A DNA stretch of 34,512 bases from a bacterium (GTDB lineage Bacteria; Chlamydiota; Chlamydiia; Chlamydiales; 2-12-FULL-49-11). The notes below the pieces were generated by a model. The model saw nothing but the letters and a program-made list of their open reading frames with translations, ran no database searches and was not told the DNA's origin. A program made the translations under genes and the position numbers. Positions within the stretch are counted from its first letter, which is position 1. Each line of letters opens with the position of its first letter. The stretch spans positions 1-34,512 of the forward strand of contig JAHZKV010000090.1 in the NCBI GenBank assembly GCA_022600215.1, written 5' to 3'. Shown here piece after piece: positions 1 through 7,699 of this stretch.

Positions 1-2
1 CC

Positions 3-719
3 GATCTCGCTCTCATCTATTTTAAGGAAGAAGGGGTAGATTATGCAGTGATAGAAGTTGGCATTGGTGGTGCATTAGATTCTACCAACATCATTGATTC
101 AGACCTTGCTGTAATTACCAATGTCTCTATGGATCATGCAGATGTCTTGGGAGATACTTTACAAGAGATTGCTTTGCAAAAAGCTGGAATTATTAAAAGC
201 TCCATGCCTGTTGTATTAGGGTATTATGCTAATCTACAAGCGGTGCATAAGCAAATAGAGAAAATGGGGGCAAAAGCTTATATTATGGATTCTTATGAAG
301 ATTATCAGCAGGAGAATAAAGCAATTGCGGATAAAGCTTTAGAGTTGTTAGGAATGAAGACTTGTAAGGAAAAGGCTCATTTGCGAGGAAGGTTTGAGCA
401 ATGTGGAAAGTATGTGTTTGATATGGCTCATAATCAAAATGCTTTTTGGTCTTTAAAAACTAAGGTGGAGAAGCTTTATCCGCAAAAAAATATTATAGCA
501 ATATGGAATATGGCGAAGAATAAAGAGGCGAGAAAATGTTTAGACATCCTTTCTTCTTTTGTAGAGGCAGTGTATTTTTATCCTGTAAATAATGAGCGTC
601 TTCTCTCTTTAGAAGATGTGAAAAGATTAGGCTTAAAAAGCTATGCAGGGCAGGAAGCAGAGGTTATATTAGTTTGCGGCTCCATATATCTTATTTCAGA
701 GCTATTGCCGTTGCAGTAG
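3..719 (+). CDS. folC: Folylpolyglutamate synthase / dihydrofolate synthase, C-terminal ~238 aa (5' end lies left of the window)
   Basis: Frame is open from the window edge to TAG at 717-719. FolC/Mur-ligase motifs EVGIGGALDSTN, NVSMDHADVLG, RGRFE and a C-terminal VCGSIYLISE. Confidence 0.85.
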   Translation, partial: DLALIYFKEEGVDYAVIEVGIGGALDSTNIIDSDLAVITNVSMDHADVLGDTLQEIALQKAGIIKSSMPVVLGYYANLQAVHKQIEKMGAKAYIMDSYEDYQQENKAIADKALELLGMKTCKEKAHLRGRFEQCGKYVFDMAHNQNAFWSLKTKVEKLYPQKNIIAIWNMAKNKEARKCLDILSSFVEAVYFYPVNNERLLSLEDVKRLGLKSYAGQEAEVILVCGSIYLISELLPLQ

Positions 720-1074
720 CATATTCCTTGCAGTGAGATAGGGATAGATGAAAGGTTGGGGCGTTAAAGTGCTTTTGTGCTTTTTCTGACAAGGATACGT
801 GAGGCTTGCCTTTTGCGTCCTTGGTGATCTCTATATCATGGAAAGCAAGCTTTTCTCCAAAGCCTTCGCCCAAGGCTTTTACAATGGCTTCTTTTGCGCT
901 AAAGCGTGCTGCAAAGGAGGGGATAGGGTCGGCATGTTTCTTACAGTAGGCAATCTCTGCAGTTAAGAAGAGCTTTTCTAAAAAGACATCTCCGTGCTTT
1001 TCTACAGACTTTCTAAAGCGCTCAATACTGATAATATCAGTGCCTAAGCCGAAAATAGACTTGTTTTCATTCAT
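691..1074 (-). CDS. acpS: Holo-[acyl-carrier-protein] synthase (4'-phosphopantetheinyl transferase)
   Basis: 127 aa. Motifs GLGTDIISIERF and FSAKEAIVKALG are typical of AcpS. ATGA start/stop overlap with the upstream PIN-TRAM gene. Confidence 0.9.
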   Translation of the reverse strand: MNENKSIFGLGTDIISIERFRKSVEKHGDVFLEKLFLTAEIAYCKKHADPIPSFAARFSAKEAIVKALGEGFGEKLAFHDIEITKDAKGKPHVSLSEKAQKHFNAPTFHLSLSHCKEYATATAIALK

Positions 1075-2159
1075 ACAGTTTCATGTGGTTCATAGGATTC
1101 GTAAGCATAGGAAGGTTCTTCCTCTTCTACCAGAGCATTGGTGAAAATGATGCGTCCAGCAGAGGTTTGTTTGACAGAGATAACTCTTGTTTCAATTACT
1201 TCCCCAACAAAGCTTCCTCCATTATTGATAACTACCATGGTACCATCTTCTAGGTAACCAACACCTTGTTTTGGCTCTTTTCCATAACGCTGCACTTTGA
1301 TTTCAATAGATTCACCAGTGGACATGATATTTTTTAGGGCGTTTGCAATGTGATTGATGCCAATGTACTCTACTTCGTCAGGCTCTTTGCTGATTTTAGA
1401 GCATTCTGCAGTTAAGATATTAGAACCGGTGACTTTAGCCAGGCGGTGGATCTTCTTACGAATATCGGTAAGATCAGAAAAATCTGTTTCATTTTCTTTT
1501 ACATTTAAGTTTTTGATCTCTTTGATTTTATCTATGGCAGCAATAATTCTTTGGATGGAGCCGCCGCTATGACTTTGAGCAAGCTCAAGTTTTCTCTTTA
1601 AATCTTTGGTAATGAAGGTTGGAATGATCACTTTGTTATTGAGTATTCCGGTAGATAAGAAGTCAAAAATTCTTGGATCACCAAGAGCATGTTCATCCAA
1701 AATGATATTTTTTTCATCCCCAGTTGTTTTATGAAAACGGATAAAGGGGATAGATAGATGGAGTTCTTCTTGGTATACAAGGATTAAGCTCACGGCCAGA
1801 TGAATGGAGAAGAGATAGATCAGTGTTTTAGGGTAGGTTAGAAGGTAAGGAGCAATCTCGTTTCCAGCTGCTGCAGAAAGCAAGAGGCTTTCATAAATGG
1901 TTTCTAAGGCTTTTCCTAAAAAGATCCCAGCAAACAAACCAAGGGTTATGGTTCCCCAAATGCGAAGGGAGTATTTTCGACACAAGCTTTCTAAGTAAAA
2001 AAAGATGGGGGTAGAGGCAGCGCTAAGTACTAAGCCTGCTATTAAGTTATAACCTAAAGCTCCACCAAAAAATGGTCTGAGGAAGGTGATAGATAACATA
2101 ATATAGACAGAAATAAATGATAGGGTAATCATACGAGCAAATGTTTTTGGCGTATTCAT
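1071..2159 (-). CDS. Integral-membrane PIN-domain plus TRAM-domain protein (YacL-like)
   Basis: 362 aa. About four N-terminal hydrophobic helices, a central PIN-like region (NIILDEHALGDPRIFDF...VIIPTFITKDL) and a C-terminal TRAM-like beta region (GESIEIKVQRYGKEPKQGVGYLEDGTMVVINN...VISVKQTSAGRIIF). Confidence 0.75.
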   Translation of the reverse strand: MNTPKTFARMITLSFISVYIMLSITFLRPFFGGALGYNLIAGLVLSAASTPIFFYLESLCRKYSLRIWGTITLGLFAGIFLGKALETIYESLLLSAAAGNEIAPYLLTYPKTLIYLFSIHLAVSLILVYQEELHLSIPFIRFHKTTGDEKNIILDEHALGDPRIFDFLSTGILNNKVIIPTFITKDLKRKLELAQSHSGGSIQRIIAAIDKIKEIKNLNVKENETDFSDLTDIRKKIHRLAKVTGSNILTAECSKISKEPDEVEYIGINHIANALKNIMSTGESIEIKVQRYGKEPKQGVGYLEDGTMVVINNGGSFVGEVIETRVISVKQTSAGRIIFTNALVEEEEPSYAYESYEPHETV

Positions 2160-2192
2160 TTTTTAGTCCTTTGAAAAATGTAAAAACTTATA

Positions 2193-3212
2193 TTAATGCT
2201 CTGAAGCTTTTTTGTCGAGACCTTGTAATGAGGAGAATATAAGATAAATACCTGCTGCAATCATTGGCAAACTTAGTAGTTGGCCTACTTGCAGTACGCT
2301 GTGGATATCGTGAGCAGTCTGTGGGTTTTTAAAGAACTCTAAAAAGAATCTTCCAGTGAAAGATAAGACCATAGCAAGCCCTACATATAAACCTGAAAAC
2401 TTTTTGTAGAGGTTATTTTTCCACATTACAAAAAGCAAGATGGATACAGACATATATAATATGAACTCATACAATGGCATAGGGTGTCTTGGTAGAGGAG
2501 CTCCGCCCGTCGCTGGATGGTCAAAAATAATTGCCCATGGTACATTAGAAGGTGCGCCCAAGATTTCTTGATTGATAAAATTCCCGATGCGAATCCAAGC
2601 ACAAACAAACATGGTGGGAGCGCTGATCATATCCATAAAATTCAAGAAGCTCATAGAGCCATTTTTTCGAATAAACAAATATGCTCCAAGGAGAATAGCA
2701 AGGATGCCTCCATGACTGGCAAGCCCTCCTTCCCAAGTTTTGATAATAAGGATAGGATTTAACAAGTATTCCCAGATATTTTCGTAAAAGAGGATGTGCC
2801 CAAGCCTTGCTCCAATAATGGTACCTAAAATAATATAGATAAGCCCTGCGTCTGCAAAAGCGATGCTCTTTTTTACTAGAGGGGAAACTTTTTCTTGTTC
2901 TTCTAGATAGAGGTATTGATAAAGAGTGTCTTGTTTTGTCTTATCGCTAATGCGTTTACAATAAAAATTATACCATTTTTGGTGCTTTTTGGAGAGGATG
3001 TATCCTTCTGGGATGGTGAATGGTTCTAGATCGTTTGGGATTTCGACTCGATTTAGGTTATAGCGAAGATGTAACCAAATAAAAAATTTATACCCAAAAA
3101 AGAAGGCAGCAGAAAAGATTACCCCATACCACGCAATAGGGTGGTTTAAAAAAGGGATAGTAAAGCAGACTGGGTCTGCATCAAAGTGTAGAAAAAGTAA
3201 TAAAAATTTCAT
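2193..3212 (-). CDS. lgt: Prolipoprotein diacylglyceryl transferase with a ~55-aa loop insertion
   Basis: 339 aa. Lgt motifs IAWYGV, WEGGLASHGG, IRIGNFINQEILG, LPRHPMPLYEF. Polytopic membrane profile. Confidence 0.9.
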   Translation of the reverse strand: MKFLLLFLHFDADPVCFTIPFLNHPIAWYGVIFSAAFFFGYKFFIWLHLRYNLNRVEIPNDLEPFTIPEGYILSKKHQKWYNFYCKRISDKTKQDTLYQYLYLEEQEKVSPLVKKSIAFADAGLIYIILGTIIGARLGHILFYENIWEYLLNPILIIKTWEGGLASHGGILAILLGAYLFIRKNGSMSFLNFMDMISAPTMFVCAWIRIGNFINQEILGAPSNVPWAIIFDHPATGGAPLPRHPMPLYEFILYMSVSILLFVMWKNNLYKKFSGLYVGLAMVLSFTGRFFLEFFKNPQTAHDIHSVLQVGQLLSLPMIAAGIYLIFSSLQGLDKKASEH

Positions 3213-3284
3213 TTGTCAAATTGCTCTATTTAACTTGATTATACACCGTAGGGAATTAAGATTCCTCAAGAAAAGCATCTGTAA

Positions 3285-6200
3285 TTAAAAATTTTCTATA
3301 CTTTTGATGTAGGAGCCAACTTCTTGAACGTGGCCATTATTATCTACTAAGGCGACGATATTTCCCTGAAGGTCATAAAGAGGAATCAAGGTCTGACCAT
3401 CCAGCTCAATGGAAATAGCAGCACCAATCTTACCATGTTCATCAAGGCCAAATACTTTAAGTCTTTCTATCTCCCCATTTTCATCTACTATAGCAATCTC
3501 GGTCTCTCCATCATATAAGAAGTGAGATATGCCCTCTGGTGTTTCTTTTGAAATCAGGCGGGAAAGGGGATCATATTCAAAAGAGGTATAATTCCCATTT
3601 TCATATTGGATAAAAACGAGTCGCTCTAAAGCATCATACGTTTTCTTACTAATAATATTATCTGGATTATCCTCTTGCTTTTCTTGCTCCATTTCTAGGT
3701 GGAGAGTGCTTTGTTGTTTTGGAGTATTGTCTTTATCAAAACAAACTTCAATCTTATGGAAAGGGGAGAGCAATTTGATCGGTCGTTCTAAGATATCGTG
3801 CTCTGTCGAGGTGGTTCCAAGACCTAATGGTAAGATCTCTTGCATTACCTGTTTTGCTTGATCAAACTTAGAATATTCATGAGAGTAAAGCTTCTGCGAC
3901 TTGCTATTTTTTCTAGATACCTTAACAAGGCAGTTTTTTTCATATTGGTAGTGGATAGAGCTCCCATCTGGTAAATGAAGGGCTTTTTTTCTTCCAAAAG
4001 TATCGTAACTCCAACTAGTGGTAAAGCCATGAAGGCTTGTTTCTTTTTCTAGCTCCCCAAATTTAGAGTACTCAAAATACAGAGATTTATTGGTAAGGAT
4101 ATCTTTGATTTGAACTAGATCTTCCCCCTCATAGAAGTATTGATAAGAGACGCTATTGTCTGAGCTTTCCATGGAAATCTTTCGATCTTGCGGGTCATAT
4201 TGATAGAGGATAGAAATCTCATTTGGAAGGATTTTTTTGTTGCATCTACCTTTTTTATCGTAGATAAATTTGGTAGTTTCGCCACGCTCCGTTTTTTCTG
4301 TCATCAAGCCCATTTTGTTGTAGACATATTCAATGGTATGATCTGCAATGCTTTGCTTAAAGATTCTGCCATCAATGTCATAGTAGGTCTTGCTGGTGGT
4401 AGATGTTCCATTAGGCAAGGTGTGTGTTTCTTCTGTTATTCGCCCTTCAGGATCAAATCGTTTTTCTACTTTTTTGCCACTTGGGTAAAAGATGGTTTCT
4501 TTCTGATCTTCAAATAAGTAGACGGTCTCTTCTTGAAGAGGGTTTGAATGCATGGTAAGCCTTCCTTGCTCATCATAGACATAAAGATCTTCTGCTTCCC
4601 CTTGAGAGGTAGTTTTAAGGGTTCGTACCTTTTGATTTTCTTCATTATACTCATTTTTTGTGTAATCAAAACCGTTATGAGCGCTATCGATTACCTTTCC
4701 TTCCATATCATAGGTCTTTTCTTCTACTAAGGCACCTTCTTCGATACGATAACAATTCCCCTGGTTATTGTAGGCAAAGAGTTTGATTCTTCCAGCATAA
4801 TCTTCCGCTTCTTTGCGACCAAATTCATCATAATAGTATTTGGTGGAAAGACCTCTTTTATTGGTGTACTTGGTTAAATCATAACCTAGGTATTCCCATT
4901 TTTCTTCAAAAGAACCCTGTTTTTTAGAGATAGTTCTGCCTAAATCATCATACTCATAAAAGATTTTGGAGTTATCTTTTAGGGAGGTGGCGATTACATT
5001 CCCATGACGATCATATTTATGGGTAATATTGGTGCCATCAGGATAGAGGATCTTAGTGGGTTTTCCAAGTAAGTTATAGCTCGTTTTGATGATTTGCTGT
5101 GAAGGGGAAACCTCTTTTATTCGGTTTCCAAACACGTCGTACTCATATGACCACTCTGGCCTTACAAGGTTTCCTGAAATCTCTTGCTCTGGAAGGATTT
5201 TTTTAACTAATCTGCCAAATTCATCATAAGTAAAAGTAGTAGAAAATCCATATTCGTTGATCTCTTCCAAGATTTTGCCTTGCAAGTCAAATTGTTTTGT
5301 TGATTCTTTCCCATGGATAACGATGGTTTGAGTTAGGGTATCTGGATAATAGTGGTATTCTTTATAGGGTTTCCCAATCTCTTTTTTACCAAGAATTTTT
5401 CCATTTTCATCATATTCATATTTGTTTATTCCACCAAGTGGGAGTTGTTGCTCAATCAATCTACCAGCAGAATCATAGGCATAAGAGGTGATTGCATTGC
5501 CTTTTTGTTCTTGTACAAGTTTACAGGATCTATCATAGGTATATATTGTACTTAACGGCCCATCAGTTTTTTTAGTAATTAACTTTGTTTGAGGATCGCG
5601 ATAGAAGGTTTTGGCTCGTTCTGTTTTTCCATTATTCCAACGACATCTGGCGCTTGTTAATAGTCCATTCTCATCGTATTGGTTGACTTCTTCAATATCA
5701 CCAATTTTTTTGTGCGCGAGAAGGGTGGTTCCCTCCTTATATCGATAATTGGTGATAACGCCATTATCATTTTTCTGAGTAACAAGATGATTATCATTAT
5801 AGGAATAGGTTTCCACATAAGATTCTTTTTCATTGCTCCACTCTTTTTTAAGGAGGTTCCCATGATTATCGTAGGTAAATAAAGAAGAAAGGAGTCTTTT
5901 CCCATAGCCATCAAAAAGAGTCTTACTTACTATTTTATGAGCTTCCCAATCATATTTTTCTAGACAATAGAGTCTATTCTCTTTCGTGTATTGCTCTATT
6001 TTGGTGATCTTGTTTTCTGCGTGGAAGTACTTAGTGATAGCTCCCCTGAAATCGGTAACGGTTGTTACTCCTTCATCGAAGCAAAAAGAGGCTATTTTTT
6101 GTCCATGCTTATAGAGTTCTTTGACTGCCTCTTTATTTTCATTGTTTGTAAAGTCATAGGTAATAGAGTAAGAGCCGTCTCTAGTGTGGGCTTTGGTAGA

Positions 6201-7067
6201 ATAGAAGGCTTCTTTTTGCTTTGCTTTTGTATAAGAAAAGCTCAGCGTTTTACATCCTGGTTTTTTTAGCGAAGCAAGATATAAAGCGTTTCTTTTGTCA
6301 CCTAGATAAGTTAGATGGTAGTAAAGGACCTTTTGGTCACTTGTCTCTACTTTTAGGTAGTGGTTTTGGCCTGCTTCAAGGGTGATTCGTATCCAAGAAA
6401 TAACATTCTCATTATGTGGATTAACTTTTTTTATGAGCACGCTTTTGTTTTTTTTGTACTCAAAAAGGGTAACTTCGCCGCTAGGAGCAACTTCTTTGAT
6501 TAATCTGTATTGGTAGCCAAGTTTACGATAATAACCCGCAACCGTATCTTTCCAAGTGGTTTTTTTACCGTGTTTTTTGTAATACCTTTTTGTGCCATCG
6601 GCAAGCTCCAAAGTAGCATCTTTGTCATTACGGACAAAGGTGAGTTTGTCATTTATGGGATTTTCACGGTAGCTGCTTGCAGCTGAATAAAAAGGGCTTT
6701 TTCCTAAATCTCTTTCCATTACCAAGCGATTTTTTGGATGCTTAGCTTCTTTGTAAAGAGTTCGACCAGAGGTTTCAATGACCTCGCCATAGTATCCAGA
6801 GCTATTTTTATGAAGGTAGAGTTTTAGGTAAGGGAAAAGGCCAATTTGTTCAAGAGACTGGTAGAATTTATCTTTAGCAGGGGCTTTCTCTAAAACATAG
6901 CAGCCTCTACTTATTGGGATAGGTGCTCCACTTTCCACAACCATATCTTCCGTAGTATACTCTAGCTTTCCGTTACAAAGATTCACTCCATGATAGTGAG
7001 TAGTCTGGGAGTATAAAGGTAGATAAGAAAGAAGGAGGGTAGGGATTATTTTTTTCCAAAGACTCAT
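3285..7067 (-). CDS. Secreted RHS/YD-repeat protein (Rhs shell) lacking the canonical C-terminal PxxxxDPxGL cleavage motif and toxin tip
   Basis: Continuous 1260-aa frame (ATG at 7067; in-frame GTG at 7073). N-terminal signal-like MSLWKKIIPTLLLSYLPLYSQ, then the Rhs N-terminal plug-like VNLCNGKLEYTTEDMVVESGAPIPISRG. Dozens of YD-type repeats (YDxxGRL, YxYDxxGN). Ends ...YDLQGNIVALVDNNGHVQEVGSYIKSIENF-stop. Confidence 0.9.
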   Translation of the reverse strand: MSLWKKIIPTLLLSYLPLYSQTTHYHGVNLCNGKLEYTTEDMVVESGAPIPISRGCYVLEKAPAKDKFYQSLEQIGLFPYLKLYLHKNSSGYYGEVIETSGRTLYKEAKHPKNRLVMERDLGKSPFYSAASSYRENPINDKLTFVRNDKDATLELADGTKRYYKKHGKKTTWKDTVAGYYRKLGYQYRLIKEVAPSGEVTLFEYKKNKSVLIKKVNPHNENVISWIRITLEAGQNHYLKVETSDQKVLYYHLTYLGDKRNALYLASLKKPGCKTLSFSYTKAKQKEAFYSTKAHTRDGSYSITYDFTNNENKEAVKELYKHGQKIASFCFDEGVTTVTDFRGAITKYFHAENKITKIEQYTKENRLYCLEKYDWEAHKIVSKTLFDGYGKRLLSSLFTYDNHGNLLKKEWSNEKESYVETYSYNDNHLVTQKNDNGVITNYRYKEGTTLLAHKKIGDIEEVNQYDENGLLTSARCRWNNGKTERAKTFYRDPQTKLITKKTDGPLSTIYTYDRSCKLVQEQKGNAITSYAYDSAGRLIEQQLPLGGINKYEYDENGKILGKKEIGKPYKEYHYYPDTLTQTIVIHGKESTKQFDLQGKILEEINEYGFSTTFTYDEFGRLVKKILPEQEISGNLVRPEWSYEYDVFGNRIKEVSPSQQIIKTSYNLLGKPTKILYPDGTNITHKYDRHGNVIATSLKDNSKIFYEYDDLGRTISKKQGSFEEKWEYLGYDLTKYTNKRGLSTKYYYDEFGRKEAEDYAGRIKLFAYNNQGNCYRIEEGALVEEKTYDMEGKVIDSAHNGFDYTKNEYNEENQKVRTLKTTSQGEAEDLYVYDEQGRLTMHSNPLQEETVYLFEDQKETIFYPSGKKVEKRFDPEGRITEETHTLPNGTSTTSKTYYDIDGRIFKQSIADHTIEYVYNKMGLMTEKTERGETTKFIYDKKGRCNKKILPNEISILYQYDPQDRKISMESSDNSVSYQYFYEGEDLVQIKDILTNKSLYFEYSKFGELEKETSLHGFTTSWSYDTFGRKKALHLPDGSSIHYQYEKNCLVKVSRKNSKSQKLYSHEYSKFDQAKQVMQEILPLGLGTTSTEHDILERPIKLLSPFHKIEVCFDKDNTPKQQSTLHLEMEQEKQEDNPDNIISKKTYDALERLVFIQYENGNYTSFEYDPLSRLISKETPEGISHFLYDGETEIAIVDENGEIERLKVFGLDEHGKIGAAISIELDGQTLIPLYDLQGNIVALVDNNGHVQEVGSYIKSIENF

Positions 7068-7278
7068 TTGCACCTTTATGATTAACTTGTGTTGATATAA
7101 AATTAGGAAACTTTGAAAAACTTATGTTGATCATTTTGCTCAGATTTTAGGAGACTAACATTTTCTAAAATGGTTTTTTTTTATAAAAAACCAGGCAAAA
7201 TCTTAAAAACAGCAGTTTTACAGAATTTTCGAAGTAATTATAAAACTGAACATGGTATTCATTCAATGGTTTTTTTAT

Positions 7279-7689
7279 ATGGGTTATAGGATAAAAATTT
7301 ATTGTGTTGGTCGAAGGCATCCTTCTTATTTAAGTGAGGCGCTGCAAAGCTTTGAAAAGCGTTTGAAAGGGAGTTGCTCTTTTGAGTGGATTATTCTGAA
7401 AACAGACAAAGATCTTATAGAAAAACTAAGCGGCAAAAGCTATTACTGTTTTGAGGTTTTGGGTAAAGAGTATACCTCTGTGCAATTTTCTAAATTCATC
7501 TGCGCTAAAGCTCACTGGAACTTTGTGATAGGGGGAGCTCTTGGCATTCCTTCTGAAGTAAAAAAGGGAGCAAAGGGAGAGATTAGCTTTTCTAAATTTA
7601 CCTTTCCTCATGAAATGGTAAGATTACTGGTATTAGAGCAAATTTATCGTGCTTTTGAAATAGAAAAAAATTCCCCTTATCATAAGTAA
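7279..7689 (+). CDS. rlmH: 23S rRNA (pseudouridine1915-N3)-methyltransferase RlmH (SPOUT family)
   Basis: Motifs FVIGGALGIP, FSKFTFPHEMVRLLVLEQIYRAFEI and a C-terminal SPYHK. The start is placed at MGYRIKIYCVG by analogy with RlmH N-termini. An in-frame ATG at 7252 is an alternative. Confidence 0.85.
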   Translation: MGYRIKIYCVGRRHPSYLSEALQSFEKRLKGSCSFEWIILKTDKDLIEKLSGKSYYCFEVLGKEYTSVQFSKFICAKAHWNFVIGGALGIPSEVKKGAKGEISFSKFTFPHEMVRLLVLEQIYRAFEIEKNSPYHK

Positions 7690-7699
7690 CAATAAAAGG

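Noticed and set aside
3845-6269. Short ORFs within or antisense to the Rhs gene
   Set aside because: They are embedded in the uninterrupted YD-repeat frame. They are low-complexity Lys/Phe/Ile-rich translations typical of off-frame AT-rich sequence.
3285-7073. Rhs locus as a T6SS or contact-dependent toxin-immunity module
   Set aside because: There is no PAAR, VgrG, Hcp or chaperone gene, no C-terminal toxin domain and no small immunity ORF downstream. The N-terminus looks like a Sec signal rather than a T6SS-trafficking domain.
7252-7278. Longer rlmH start at ATG 7252 with promoter-like TTTACA, 16 nt, TATAAA ending 7 nt upstream (a leaderless configuration)
   Set aside because: RlmH homologues begin just before the first beta strand (MGYRIKIYCVG at 7279). 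The extra MVFIQWFFY is unlike RlmH N-termini. Such hexamers also arise easily by chance in AT-rich spacers. I kept it only as an alternative start.
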